Assembly: GCA_002897735.1 (NCBI GenBank) | Contig: BDTW01000024.1 | Location: forward strand, 25,598-89,597 | Length of the DNA: 64,000 nucleotides | Direction: 5' to 3' | DNA from: a bacterium BMS3Bbin13 | Lineage (GTDB): Bacteria > Pseudomonadota > Gammaproteobacteria > 21-64-14 | Shown here: piece after piece, positions 43,438 through 56,485 of the stretch | Layout: each line of letters starts with the position of its first letter | Numbering within the stretch: position 1 is the first letter of the stretch | The notes under the pieces: model-generated | Database searches by the model: none | Seen by the model: the letters and a program-made list of their open reading frames with translations, nothing else | Told to the model about the DNA's origin: nothing | Position numbers and translations under genes: made by a program

Positions 43438-43712
43438 CGTCGTTGGCCGGGCGAGCCCGGCCCTACAGGGAGATATGATCGCCGATGCGCGTGTAGGGCG
43501 GGCCTCGGCCCGCCGACGATGTTGGATTGCCCCGCAACGTCCCGTGCACCACGAAACAATCGTCGTTGGCCGGGCGAGCCCGGCCCTACAGGGGGATATG
43601 ATCGCCGATGCGCGTGTAGGGCGGGCCTCGGCCCGCCGACGATGTCGGATTGCCCCGCAACGCCCCACGTACCGCGAAACAACCGTCGTTGGCCGGGCGA
43701 GCCCGGCCCTAC
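43438..43712. repeat. REP cluster: five copies in alternating orientation, 123-bp period
   Basis: Minus-oriented CGTCGTTGGCCGGGCGAGCCCGGCCCTAC at 43438, 43561 and 43684. Plus-oriented GTAGGGCGGGCCTCGGCCCGCCGACGATG at 43493 and 43616. Confidence 0.8.
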
Positions 43713-43842
43713 CGGCGGTGGATGCCTGCGTAGACGGGCGGTGGTTCCACGGCATGTGACGAGGTAAAAAAACCTCCGGACGGGCGGAGGTGGAAGGGAG
43801 GGTACAACAGGGTCTTACCGTCCGGCGGCAGCCGGCGGGTGT

Positions 43843-44280
43843 TCAGGAGGCCTTGCGCAGGCCGTGTTTCACGTGTGCGCTGAGATTCTGCAACTCGGGC
43901 GGCAGGGTGATTTTCTCGTCCAGCAGCACGATCAATCGTGGTGTGCCGTCCCGGAGTTCGGCGATGCGACGCAGGCCGGCGATGCAGCGTTTGTCTTCGA
44001 GGGCCGATGCGACCCCGCGCAGCAGGTAGACGCCGTACAGGTTGTTCGAGGCGATGTAATCGAGCACGTCCGCGGGACGCCGGGTGTGGGGGATGATGAT
44101 GTGCTCGAAGCCCCCGCTCCGGAACAGGCCCTCCTCGGCGGTCCAGTGGTACACGGCCTTGCCGGTGCGCCGGCTGAAGTTGCGGAACATCTCCATGACC
44201 CGCTCCGGGGTCGTGGTCTCGATGGCGATGAGGCGAAAGTCCGCCTGCACCAGATGCTCGATCGGTTGCCGTCGCGCCAT
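43843..44280 (-). CDS. hypothetical protein (146 aa)
   Basis: ORF from ATG at 44280, with no clear motif. It lies upstream of, and co-directional with, nothing recognisable, and downstream of the GGDEF gene. Confidence 0.45.
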   Translation of the reverse strand: MARRQPIEHLVQADFRLIAIETTTPERVMEMFRNFSRRTGKAVYHWTAEEGLFRSGGFEHIIIPHTRRPADVLDYIASNNLYGVYLLRGVASALEDKRCIAGLRRIAELRDGTPRLIVLLDEKITLPPELQNLSAHVKHGLRKAS

Positions 44281-44413
44281 GGCCGTATCTCCCGCGTTGG
44301 TCCTTGCCGATTGGGCCGGGATCGGCCGCGCCGATGTCCAGCCGCCGTTCCCATGCATAAAGCCTACCGTCGCCTATGTTGCCAAAGCTGTGAATCCGGT
44401 CACTGAACGGGTC

Positions 44414-45361
44414 TTAACCCGCACCGCGATCTATGAACTGCACCCGGTTCCGGCCCTCCAGCTTGGCCTGATAGAGGGCCTCGTCGGCGCGGGCGAACAG
44501 GGCGGCGGGGTCGTCATTCGTTTCCAGCGTGCCGACGCCGAGGCTGACGGTCATGCGCAGGCGCACCTCGTTGCAGGTGCACTCCATGGCCTCGACGGCC
44601 GTGCGCAGGCGCTCGGCCAGCATCAGACCCCCGAACCACTCGGTGTTGCTGGTCAGTACCACGAACTCCTCCCCGCCGTAGCGAAACAGCATGTCGCTGC
44701 CGCGGATGCAACTCGCCGCGCAGTCCGCCACCCGGCGCAGGGCGCAGTCGCCCATGGTGTGCCCGTAGCGGTCGTTCACGGACTTGAAGTGGTCGATATC
44801 CATTACCAGCAGCGACAGTGGTGTCCCGTACCGGTGCGCGAGTTCCACTTCGCGGCGCAACGCGGTGTCCAGCGCTCCGCGGTTGTTGATGCCGGTGAGC
44901 GGGTCCTTGGAGGCCGACCACAGGGCGTAGCGGTACAGCAGGGTGTTGCGTAGCGGCTGCAGGAGCAGCGTCAGCAACTCCTCGAGTCGTGCGGTCTCCC
45001 GGCTCGAGAACCGCATGTCGCGCAGGAACTCCAACTCGCCCAGACTCTGGTTGCCCATCATCAACCGATAGGTGCAATTGTGGCGGGCTTCGTGTCCGAC
45101 CTTGTACAGGATCGCCTGTGAGGCGTTGCGGTAGACCACGCCGTCGTGTGGTACCAACGGGTGGGTCTGTATGGAGAACAGTTCAATCAGGCGCTCCACG
45201 TCCAGGGTGCTCTGCAGGGCGCGCGTGATACTCAGCGCGTTGGCGAGCCGCTGCGCGGTGCGTTGTGCCGTCGCCGGCCGGCGCCCGGTGCCTGCCGGCG
45301 GTATCGCCAGCGGCGCCGCCAGCGGCCGATCGTCCGTTACGGTCTGTAGATGGGCGGCCAT
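44414..45361 (-). CDS. diguanylate cyclase (GAF-like N-domain + GGDEF)
   Basis: DPLTGINNRGAL, DIDHFKSVNDRYGH and FRYGGEEF (intact GGEEF). Confidence 0.85.
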   Translation of the reverse strand: MAAHLQTVTDDRPLAAPLAIPPAGTGRRPATAQRTAQRLANALSITRALQSTLDVERLIELFSIQTHPLVPHDGVVYRNASQAILYKVGHEARHNCTYRLMMGNQSLGELEFLRDMRFSSRETARLEELLTLLLQPLRNTLLYRYALWSASKDPLTGINNRGALDTALRREVELAHRYGTPLSLLVMDIDHFKSVNDRYGHTMGDCALRRVADCAASCIRGSDMLFRYGGEEFVVLTSNTEWFGGLMLAERLRTAVEAMECTCNEVRLRMTVSLGVGTLETNDDPAALFARADEALYQAKLEGRNRVQFIDRGAG

Positions 45362-45700
45362 AAGCGAAAACTCCCTTTCTTATTTAAATTTCTTTGTGGC
45401 CTAAGGTTATGCGAGAAGTATGCCATCCGGCTTGAATTAGAAATTCAATTAGGAAACAAATGATTAAACGATTCCCGGAAGGTAAGGTCCGAAAATCGCC
45501 GGCATTTTGACGCCTTTTTGGCGCATTTGATGTTCCACGTACCGCCCGATGGGCGGCAAAGATCCGCCGCCCCGCAATACCGGGGAAACACGGACGATTG
45601 GGGCATGTGGGGCCCGGCGGCGGGGCGGCTGTCCCTCGGGTCCGGCTTCGTGCAGGCCCCGTCGGCGGCGGGGCGCGGCAGCGGGCGACCCCTGCCGCCC

Positions 45701-47017
45701 TCAGCCCGTGTCCGTGTCCGCGCCCGTGTCCGTCGTCGGGGATGGGGGCTTCTGCGCATCCTCCTTGCCGCCGCGCACGATCTTCTCCAAGGGATCGGGC
45801 GGGTCCAGCGTGCGCCGCGCCTCCACGCCCATCTCCGTGAAGCGCCGTGCGCCGGGCATCACGCTGCGCTCGAAGGAGCCGACGGCGCGGTTGTAGTGAT
45901 CGACGCTGGTGCCGAGACTGCGCCCGAGTTTGGTCAGGTGCTCGGTGAAAGTGCCCAGGCGCTGGTAGAGTTCCTCGCCGACCTTGCGGATCTGCTCGGC
46001 GTTTTCCGTGAGCGTCTCCTGGCGCCAGCCGTAGGCGACGGCGCGCAGCAACGCCACGAGGGTGGTGGGCGTGGCCACCACCACGCGCTGGCGCAGCGCC
46101 TCCTCGAGCAGTGAGGGGTCCTGGTCGAGGGCGGCGCTGAGGAACTGCTCGCCCGGCATGAACAGCACGACGAAGTCCGGGCTCTTCTCGAACTGGCTCC
46201 AGTACGACTTCGCCGCCAGCTCCCGGATGCGCTCGCGCACCTTGCGCGCGTGGTGCGCGAGGGCGGCCTCGCGCTCGGCGTCGTCGGACGCCTCCACGGC
46301 GCTGAGGTAGGCGTCGAGCGGGGTCTTGACGTCGATGACGATCTCACGCCCGTTGGGCAGGCGCACGATCATGTCCGGGCGCAGTACGCCATCCTCGGTG
46401 GACGTGGACTCCTGCGGGTAGAAGTCGCAGTACTCCACCATCCCGGCCAGCTCGGCGAGCCGCTTGAGGGTCATCTCGCCCCACTGGCCGCGCACCTCGG
46501 GGCGGCGCAGCGCCTTGACCAAGTTGCGCGTCTCGGTCTGGAGCTGCTGCTGGGTCTGAGTCATGCTCTCGAGGTAGCGGGTGAGCGAGCCGTAGGCCTG
46601 CTGGCGTTCCTGTTCCATTTTCCGGACCTGGTGTTCGGTCTTCTCCAGCGCCTCGCGGATGGGTCGGACCAGCCCTTCGATGCTCTTCTCCTTTTGCTCC
46701 AGGTCGGCGGCGGCCCGGACCTGGAACTGCTTGAGGTTCTCCCGCGCCAGGCGCAGGAACTCTTCGTTGTTGGTGCGCAGGGCGCGCCCGGAGAGCGCGC
46801 TGAAGGTCTCTGCGAGTTGCTCGCGCGCCTCCTGGATCGCGGCGATCTTCTCCTGCGCGGCGCGCTGCTCGAGTTCCAGGCGCGTGCCGAGCCGTGCGTT
46901 CTCCTCGCGCAGCGCGGCGTTCTTGCGCCCCTGGATCGTGAAGCCGACGAACAGTCCGAGGGCCGCCGCCGGCAGCCCGATGAGCAGCGCCCAGAGCAGG
47001 GCGTCGGCGCCGCTCAC
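45701..47017 (-). CDS. rmuC: DNA recombination protein RmuC
   Basis: N-terminal TM segment, a long coiled coil, then a C-terminal nuclease-like domain VIDVKTPLDAY...VLFMPGEQF. Confidence 0.9.
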   Translation of the reverse strand: MSGADALLWALLIGLPAAALGLFVGFTIQGRKNAALREENARLGTRLELEQRAAQEKIAAIQEAREQLAETFSALSGRALRTNNEEFLRLARENLKQFQVRAAADLEQKEKSIEGLVRPIREALEKTEHQVRKMEQERQQAYGSLTRYLESMTQTQQQLQTETRNLVKALRRPEVRGQWGEMTLKRLAELAGMVEYCDFYPQESTSTEDGVLRPDMIVRLPNGREIVIDVKTPLDAYLSAVEASDDAEREAALAHHARKVRERIRELAAKSYWSQFEKSPDFVVLFMPGEQFLSAALDQDPSLLEEALRQRVVVATPTTLVALLRAVAYGWRQETLTENAEQIRKVGEELYQRLGTFTEHLTKLGRSLGTSVDHYNRAVGSFERSVMPGARRFTEMGVEARRTLDPPDPLEKIVRGGKEDAQKPPSPTTDTGADTDTG

Positions 47018-47041
47018 GGCGTCCCCGGGACGCCGTGTTGT

Positions 47042-47755
47042 TCAGGCGGGTTCGGCATCGGCACCTGCGCGATCCCAGACGATCCAGTCCGGCAGTTCCC
47101 CCGGCCGGCGAACCATCCCGTCGGCGCCCCACGACTCGGGTGCCGGGTCGGCGCCGACGTAGCCGAACAGGGCGATGAGCGTTTTCATGCCGGCGCACCG
47201 CCCGGCCTCGATGTCGCGCCGGGCATCCCCGACGTACAGGCAGCGGTGCGGGGGACGGCCGGCCAGCCGGCAGGCGTGGTACAGGGGTTCCGGGTGCGGT
47301 TTGCGGTTCGCGGTGGTATCGCCGCTCACCACGCACGCCGCGCGTTCCCACAGGCCCAATGCCCGCACCAGCGGGTCGGTGAGCCATGCCGGCTTGTTGG
47401 TGACCACGCCCCAGCGGATGTCCGCCGCCTCGAGCCGCGCCAGCACCGGCTCCATTCCGGGAAACACCCGGGTCTCGCGCACGAGGTGGGTGCGGTACAG
47501 GTCCAGGAAGCGCCGGCGCAGGGCCTCGAACTCCGGCGCCTGCGGGGCGAGATCGAAGGCATAGCCGATCAGTCCGGCGCTGCCGTCGGAGACCCGCGGG
47601 CGGATGTCCTCGTACGGCAACGGTGCGCGGCCCTGCTCGGCGCGCAGCAGGTTCAGGGCATGGGCCATGTCCGGGGCGGTGTCGAGCAGCGTTCCGTCGA
47701 GGTCGAACAGCACTGCGCGTACCGCCCAGGGTGTCGGGGCGCCGGATTCCATCAC
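47042..47755 (-). CDS. gph: phosphoglycolate phosphatase (HAD)
   Basis: AVLFDLDGTLLDT, VVTNKP and YVGDARRDIEAG. Downstream of ubiG, as in many proteobacteria. Confidence 0.8.
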   Translation of the reverse strand: MMESGAPTPWAVRAVLFDLDGTLLDTAPDMAHALNLLRAEQGRAPLPYEDIRPRVSDGSAGLIGYAFDLAPQAPEFEALRRRFLDLYRTHLVRETRVFPGMEPVLARLEAADIRWGVVTNKPAWLTDPLVRALGLWERAACVVSGDTTANRKPHPEPLYHACRLAGRPPHRCLYVGDARRDIEAGRCAGMKTLIALFGYVGADPAPESWGADGMVRRPGELPDWIVWDRAGADAEPA

Positions 47756-47763
47756 GCCCCTCC

Positions 47764-48555
47764 TCAGGCCGGTTCCGCGGCGTCGTCCGGGCGCCGGCAG
47801 CAGGCCAAGTAGTTCACGTCGACGCCCGCGCCGAGGTGGTAGCCGCGGGTCAGCGGATTGTAGTGCAGCCCGGTCAGCTCCGTGAGCGAGAGCCCCGCGC
47901 GGCGCGCCCAGCGCTCGAGTTCGGAGGGCCGGATGAACTTGTGGTAGTCGTGCGTGCCTTTGGGGAGCAGGCCCAACAGATACTCCGCGCCGACCACCGC
48001 GAAGAGATAGGACTTGGGGTTGCGATTGAGGGTGGAGAAGAACACGTGGCCGCCCGGGCGCACGAGCGCGGCGCAGGCACGGATCACCGACTCCGGGTCG
48101 GGGACGTGCTCCAGCATTTCCAGGCAGGTGATCACGTCATAGGCGCCGGGCGACTCGGCCGCCAGGGCCTCCGCGGTGGTTTGACGGTAGTCGACCTCGA
48201 GGCCGGATTCCAGCAGGTGCAGACGGGCCACCGACAGCGCCGTTTCGGCCATGTCGATACCGGTCACGCGTGCGTCCTCGCGTGCCATCGCCTCGGAGAG
48301 CAGGCCGCCGCCGCAGCCCACGTCCAGCACCCGCACACCGCCGAGCGGCGCGCGGCGGCGGATGTAGTCCAGTCGCAGGGGGTTGATCTCGTGCAGGGTG
48401 CGGAATTCCCCCCGCGGGTCCCACCAGCGCGTGGCGTAGGTCTCGAAGTGGGCCAGTTCGCCGGGATCGACGTTGGGGTTTGGGTCGTTCAGCGTGGTGT
48501 CCTCATTCGGGGTCGGTGGCGGCGATGCGCGCGCGCCAGGCACGCGCGCGTTCAC
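47764..48555 (-). CDS. ubiG: 3-demethylubiquinone-9 3-O-methyltransferase
   Basis: [33 protein letters not shown] and [13 protein letters not shown]. The only canonical start (48555) overlaps the mtaD 3' end by 53 nt. Confidence 0.85.
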   Translation of the reverse strand: MNARVPGARASPPPTPNEDTTLNDPNPNVDPGELAHFETYATRWWDPRGEFRTLHEINPLRLDYIRRRAPLGGVRVLDVGCGGGLLSEAMAREDARVTGIDMAETALSVARLHLLESGLEVDYRQTTAEALAAESPGAYDVITCLEMLEHVPDPESVIRACAALVRPGGHVFFSTLNRNPKSYLFAVVGAEYLLGLLPKGTHDYHKFIRPSELERWARRAGLSLTELTGLHYNPLTRGYHLGAGVDVNYLACCRRPDDAAEPA

Positions 48556-49840
48556 GCACCGGGATCGGATCCAGTGTCGTGAGGACGCGCTCCTCGAGCA
48601 GCGCGCGCCCGGCGACCCATACGTCGGTCACCTGGTGGCGGCCGGCGGCGTAGATCAGTTGCGAGATCGGGTGATAGACCGGCTCGGTCTCCAGTTCACC
48701 GAGATCCACCGCGACCAGGTCTGCGGCCTTGCCCGGTTCCAGACTGCCGATCTCCTCGCCGAGGCCGAGCGCGCGCGCGCCGTTGAGCGTCGCCATGCGC
48801 AGGGCGCGCGCCGCCGGCAGTGCCGCCGCATCGCCGGCGACCGCCTTGGCGAGCAGCGCCGCGCTGCGCGTCTCGCCGAGCAGGTCGAGGTCGTTGTTGC
48901 TCGCCGCGCCGTCGGTGCCGAGCGCCACGTTCACGCCGGCGCGCGCGAGACGCTCCACCGGGCAGAACCCGCTCGCGAGCTTGAGATTGGACTCCGGACA
49001 GTGGATGACCTGGGCGCCGGTCTCCGCCAGCAGCCCGATCTCGTCTTCGGTGAGCTGGGTCATATGCACCCCGAGTAGGGCGGGGGAGACCAGCCCCAGC
49101 GCGTGCAGCCGTTGCAGCGGGCGCATGCCGTGTTCTTGCTCGCTCCGGCGTACCTCGTCGGCGGTCTCGTGCACGTGCATGTGCACCGGCAGGTCGAGTT
49201 CGTCGGAGAGCGTGCGGATGCGGGCCAGCGCCGCGTCGCCGACGCTGTAGGGCGCGTGGGGTGCGAACGCGGTGCGGATCAGCGGGTCGCCGCGGTAGCG
49301 GTCGTGCAGGGCGAGTCCCTTGCTCAGGTACTCCTCCCAGTCGGCGGCCCAGGCGCTCGGAAAGTCGATGACGATGAGACCGACGCAGGCGCGCATCCCG
49401 CAGGCGGACGCCGCGCGCGCCACGACGTCCGGGAAGAAGTACATGTCGTTGAAGCAGGTCGTGCCCCCGCGCAGCATCTCGGCCATGGCGAGCTGCGTGC
49501 CGTCGCGGGTGAACTCGGCGCCCACCCAGCGCGCCTCCGCCGGCCAGATGTGCTCCTTGAGCCAGCGCATGAGCGGCAGGTCGTCGGCCAGCCCGCGCAG
49601 CAGGGTCATCGCCGCGTGGGTGTGGGCGTTGACCAGCCCGGGGATCAGCACGTGATCGGGGAGTTCCCGGATCGTGCGCGCGCGATAGCGTGCACGCGCC
49701 TCGCCCGACGGCAACAGATCGAGGATCCGCCCGTCATCGATCGCGACGGCGTGGTCCTCGTGCACCACGCCGTCCGGCTCCACCGGGATGACCCAGTGCG
49801 CCTCGATCAGCGTGTCGATCTCGCGTGGTTGCGCCTGCAT
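48503..49840 (-). CDS. mtaD: amidohydrolase, 5-methylthioadenosine/S-adenosylhomocysteine deaminase-like (TRZ/ATZ family)
   Basis: [19 protein letters not shown] (HxH) and [11 protein letters not shown] at 49840 gives 445 aa, and the track ORF is over-extended to 50311. Confidence 0.8.
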   Translation of the reverse strand: MQAQPREIDTLIEAHWVIPVEPDGVVHEDHAVAIDDGRILDLLPSGEARARYRARTIRELPDHVLIPGLVNAHTHAAMTLLRGLADDLPLMRWLKEHIWPAEARWVGAEFTRDGTQLAMAEMLRGGTTCFNDMYFFPDVVARAASACGMRACVGLIVIDFPSAWAADWEEYLSKGLALHDRYRGDPLIRTAFAPHAPYSVGDAALARIRTLSDELDLPVHMHVHETADEVRRSEQEHGMRPLQRLHALGLVSPALLGVHMTQLTEDEIGLLAETGAQVIHCPESNLKLASGFCPVERLARAGVNVALGTDGAASNNDLDLLGETRSAALLAKAVAGDAAALPAARALRMATLNGARALGLGEEIGSLEPGKAADLVAVDLGELETEPVYHPISQLIYAAGRHQVTDVWVAGRALLEERVLTTLDPIPVRERARAWRARIAATDPE

Positions 49841-49960
49841 GAGCCTCGTCCGGTCTCCGGGTCGGCGGGTGATCCGCTCGCCCGCGGATCCGGGCAGTAT
49901 AGCAACGAGTGTATCGATAAGCCTACGTCGGGGTCCGCGCAAACAGGGGAAAATGCGCCG

Positions 49961-50038
49961 CGGAATCCACGGAATCCACGGAATCCGCGTACCAAAGAGA
50001 TCAAGGCGGAATTTCCGTGGGTCCGGTGGATTCCGTGG
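49961..50038. promoter_or_regulatory. array of CGGAATCCA-type motifs in the mtaD/mtnA divergent intergenic region
   Basis: (CGGAATCCA)x3 in tandem at 49961-49988, a CGGAATTTCCG palindrome at 50007-50017, and an inverted copy TGGATTCCG at 50027-50035. Confidence 0.3.
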
Positions 50039-50175
50039 CGCCTCCCGACGGCGCCGGGGACGGCCGCGAAGCCGAATCCCGGGTCGCCCGGTTTCCGTGC
50101 CGGTGATGCACCTTCCCGGCATCGGCGCTCGCGGTTCGTGTATCATGCGCGCGATCGGATCGCCGGGCGGGAGGG

Positions 50176-51246
50176 GTGCTGCGAGTGGAACGGGATTTCG
50201 ATACGGTGCGTGCCGTGCAATGGCGTGACGGGCGGCTGGTGCTGCTGGATCAGCGGTTGTTGCCGGCGCGGACCGAATACGTGACGATTGACGACGTGCA
50301 GGCGACCGCACGCGCGATCCGCGACATGGTGGTGCGCGGTGCGCCGGCGATCGGGGTGAGCGCCGCCTACGGCGTGGTGCTTGCGGCGCGTGCGTGTTAC
50401 GCGCGCGTCGCGGAGGGCTGGCGCGAGGCGTTGCGCGCGGATCTCGAGGTGCTGGGCGCGGCGCGTCCCACGGCCGTCAATCTCGCCTGGGCCATCGCCC
50501 GCATGGCGCGTCGCGCCGCCGTGCCGGGCACGGGCGACCCGAGCGCCGCGCTGCTCGCCGAGGCGCGCGCGATCCATGAGGAGGACATCGCCGCCAACCA
50601 CCGCATGGGCGAATTGGGTGCGGCCCTGATCGAGGGGCCGTGCGGGGTGCTCACGCACTGCAACACCGGTTCCCTGGCGACCGGCGGCTACGGTACCGCC
50701 CTGGGCGTGATCCGCAGCGCCTACCGTGCCGGCAAGCTCAGCGAGGTCTACGCGGACGAGACGCGTCCGTGGCTGCAAGGGGCGCGGCTGACCGCCTGGG
50801 AGCTGCGCGCCGACGGGATCCCGGTGCGGTTGCTGGTGGACGGTGCCGGGGCGCACCTGATGGCCGCGGGCAAGGTCGGCTGGCTGATCGTGGGCGCCGA
50901 CCGGATCGCCGCCAACGGCGACGTCGCCAACAAGATCGGCACCTACTCGGCGGCGATCGTCGCGCGCCACCACGGCGTGCGGGTGATGGTCGTGGCCCCC
51001 GGTACCACCGTGGACCTCGCCACGCCCGACGGGGCGTCGATCCCCATCGAGCAGCGCGATCCCGAAGAGGTATTGGCGTTCGGCGGGCGGCGGGTCGCGC
51101 CGGAGGGCGTGGCGGCGTGGAATCCGGCGTTCGACATCACGCCCGCCGCGCTGATCGACGTCCTGGTCACCGAGCGCGGGGTGGTGCAGGCCCCGGACCG
51201 CGCCCGCATGGTCGCCGTCTTCGCCCCTTCGACGGCCGGCGTCTGA
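50176..51246 (+). CDS. mtnA: S-methyl-5-thioribose-1-phosphate isomerase
   Basis: [41 protein letters not shown] and [17 protein letters not shown]. Start uncertain (GTG at 50176). Confidence 0.85.
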   Translation: MLRVERDFDTVRAVQWRDGRLVLLDQRLLPARTEYVTIDDVQATARAIRDMVVRGAPAIGVSAAYGVVLAARACYARVAEGWREALRADLEVLGAARPTAVNLAWAIARMARRAAVPGTGDPSAALLAEARAIHEEDIAANHRMGELGAALIEGPCGVLTHCNTGSLATGGYGTALGVIRSAYRAGKLSEVYADETRPWLQGARLTAWELRADGIPVRLLVDGAGAHLMAAGKVGWLIVGADRIAANGDVANKIGTYSAAIVARHHGVRVMVVAPGTTVDLATPDGASIPIEQRDPEEVLAFGGRRVAPEGVAAWNPAFDITPAALIDVLVTERGVVQAPDRARMVAVFAPSTAGV

Positions 51247-51476
51247 TCCGCCGGGGTCTTCCGGAATCCTCCGGCGACCCGGCCCCGCTTCGTTCCGGGC
51301 ACCCGGGCCGGCGGCACTGTGTGGTATCATATCCACTTTGCAGTACGGAAGTTTGCGATGGACGCGACCGTCGGCGCCATGGTCGACGGGTATTCTCGTA
51401 GCGCCGTCCTGCACGACCCCGAGCACCTGGACCCGGGTATAGATCCAGACAACCGAGACGCGTCGCCCCGCCCCGA

Positions 51477-54044
<2,568 letters not shown>

Positions 54045-54135
54045 GGGACGTCGCGCGCACCGTCGGCCGCCGACCGCGAATCCGGGAACCCTCCGCGGCG
54101 CAACTCCGGGCCCGGACAGCGCGAGGAACCAGCAG

Positions 54136-55218
54136 ATGAGTCGTGTCTACAACTTCAGCGCCGGTCCGGCGATGTTGCCGGAGGAAGTGCTCCGGCAGGC
54201 CCGCGAGGAACTCCTCGATTGGCGCGGCGGCGGCATGTCGGTCATGGAGATGAGCCACCGCGGCAAGGAATTCATGTCCATCGCCGAGGCCGCCGAGGCG
54301 GACCTGCGCGAGATCCTGGCGATCCCGGCCTCGTACAAGGTGCTGTTCCTCCAGGGCGGCGCAACCACCCAGTTCGCGGCGGTCCCGCTCAACCTGCTGC
54401 GCGGGCGCGATCGCGCCGACTACGTGCACACCGGTGCATGGTCGAAGAAGGCCATCGCCGAGGCCAAGCGCTACTGCACGGTGAACGTGGCGGCCGACGC
54501 CGAGGCGCAGCGGTTCACGACGATCCCGGCGCGGGAGTCCTGGCGCCTCGATCCGGACGCCGCCTACGTGCACTACACGCCCAACGAGACGATCGGCGGG
54601 GTGGAGTTCCATTGGGTGCCGGATACGGGCACGGTCCCGCTGGTCGCGGACATGTCCTCGACGATCCTGTCGCGGCCGATCGACGTGGGCCGCTACGGGC
54701 TGATCTACGCCGGCGCGCAGAAGAACATCGGCCCCGCCGGCCTCACGGTGGTCATCGTGCGCGAGGACCTCACGGGCGCGGCCCATCCGGCCACGCCGAC
54801 CCTGCTCGACTACCGGGTGCAGGCCGAGAACGGCTCGATGTACAACACGCCGCCGACCTATGCGTGGTATATCGCCGGGCTCGTGTTCCAGTGGATCCGG
54901 CGCGCGGGCGGGTTGGGCGTCATGGCCGAGCGCAACCGGCGCAAATCGGCGCGGCTCTATGCGGTGCTGGACGCATCCGGCTTCTACCACGGCCCGGTGG
55001 ATCCGGCGTGCCGTTCGTGGATGAACGTGCCGTTCACCCTCGCCGATCCGGCGCTGGACGCCGATTTCCTCGCCGGGGCCCGGGACGCGGGCTTGGTCGG
55101 CCTCAAGGGCCATCGTTCGGTGGGCGGGATGCGCGCGAGTCTCTACAACGCCATGTCCGAGGCCGGGGTCGAGGCACTGCTTGCGTTCATGACCGAGTTC
55201 GAGCGGCGTCACGGCTGA
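54136..55218 (+). CDS. serC: 3-phosphoserine/phosphohydroxythreonine aminotransferase
   Basis: [26 protein letters not shown] and [16 protein letters not shown]. Confidence 0.95.
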   Translation: MSRVYNFSAGPAMLPEEVLRQAREELLDWRGGGMSVMEMSHRGKEFMSIAEAAEADLREILAIPASYKVLFLQGGATTQFAAVPLNLLRGRDRADYVHTGAWSKKAIAEAKRYCTVNVAADAEAQRFTTIPARESWRLDPDAAYVHYTPNETIGGVEFHWVPDTGTVPLVADMSSTILSRPIDVGRYGLIYAGAQKNIGPAGLTVVIVREDLTGAAHPATPTLLDYRVQAENGSMYNTPPTYAWYIAGLVFQWIRRAGGLGVMAERNRRKSARLYAVLDASGFYHGPVDPACRSWMNVPFTLADPALDADFLAGARDAGLVGLKGHRSVGGMRASLYNAMSEAGVEALLAFMTEFERRHG

Positions 55219-55278
55219 GCACCCGCCGCCGGCCCTGCGCGCGGGCGACCACGCTTTCAGTGACGGGACATTGCGACG

Positions 55279-56451
55279 ATGTTCAAGATCCTCACGCTCA
55301 ACAACCTCTCCGGCGCCGGTCTGGATCGGCTGCCCCGGGACCGCTATGAGGTGGCCTCCGAGATCCGCCGCCCGGACGCGATCCTCCTGCGCTCGTTCAA
55401 CATGCACGAACTGGACCTGCCCGACACGCTCAAGGCGGTCGGACGCGCCGGTGCCGGCGTCAACAACATCCCGGTGGAGCGGCTGACGCACCGCGGCGTG
55501 GCGGTGTTCAACGCGCCCGGCGCCAACGCCAACGCGGTCAAGGAACTGGTCATCGCGGGGATGCTGCTGGCGGCGCGCAACATCTGCCGGTCCTGGGCGT
55601 TCGCCCGCGGGTTGGAGGGCGACAATGCCGCCCTGCGTCGACAGGTGGAGGCCGGAAAGAAGCAGTTCGTGGGCTTCGAACTGCCGGGGCGTACGCTCGG
55701 GGTGATCGGTCTCGGCTCGATCGGCGTGCGGGTGGCCAACGCCGCGATCGCGCTCGGCATGAAGGTGATCGGCTACGATCAGGACATCACCGTGCAACGG
55801 GCCTGGCAGCTCTCCTCGCAAGTGCAGCAGGGGACGAGCGTCGACGACCTGCTGGCGCGCTCGGACTTCGTGACGTTCCATACCCCGCTGACCGAATCGA
55901 CCCGCAACATGATCAACCCGGAACGGCTGAAGATCATGAAGGATGGGGCGGTGGTGCTGAACTTCGCCCGCGAGGGGATCGTCGACAACGCGGCGATCCT
56001 CGAGGCGCTCGACACCGGGCGCGTCTACGCCTACGTCTGCGATTTCCCGCACCGTGACCTGCTGCAGCACGAGCGGGTGATCGCCCTGCCGCACATCGGG
56101 GCGTCCACCCGGGAGGCGGAGGAGAACTGCGCGGTGACGGTGGTCGATGAGGTGCGCGACTATCTGGAACACGGCATCGTGCGCAACTCCGTGAATTTTC
56201 CGGAGGTGGTCATGCCGCGCACCGAGGGTTTCCGCCTGGCGGTGGTCAACAGCAACGTCCCCAACATGGTCGGGCAGATCTCCACGGCGCTCGCCGACTC
56301 CGATCTCAACATCCTCGACATGTTGAACAAGTCGCGCGGCGAGGTGGCCTATAATCTGGTCGACGTGAATGCGTCCATCCCGGAGTCCACCCTGGCGGAG
56401 ATCCGCTCCATCGAGGGGGTGCTGGCGGTGCGGGCGCTCAACGGGGGCTGA
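55279..56451 (+). CDS. serA: D-3-phosphoglycerate dehydrogenase-like 2-hydroxyacid dehydrogenase with C-terminal ACT domain
   Basis: GVIGLGSIGVRVA NAD motif, HTPLT, LNFAREGIVD and PHIGAST. ACT-like tail VPNMVGQISTAL. Confidence 0.8.
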   Translation: MFKILTLNNLSGAGLDRLPRDRYEVASEIRRPDAILLRSFNMHELDLPDTLKAVGRAGAGVNNIPVERLTHRGVAVFNAPGANANAVKELVIAGMLLAARNICRSWAFARGLEGDNAALRRQVEAGKKQFVGFELPGRTLGVIGLGSIGVRVANAAIALGMKVIGYDQDITVQRAWQLSSQVQQGTSVDDLLARSDFVTFHTPLTESTRNMINPERLKIMKDGAVVLNFAREGIVDNAAILEALDTGRVYAYVCDFPHRDLLQHERVIALPHIGASTREAEENCAVTVVDEVRDYLEHGIVRNSVNFPEVVMPRTEGFRLAVVNSNVPNMVGQISTALADSDLNILDMLNKSRGEVAYNLVDVNASIPESTLAEIRSIEGVLAVRALNGG

Positions 56452-56485
56452 TCCGGCGCTGCAGGGCGTCCGAGGGGCGGATCGG

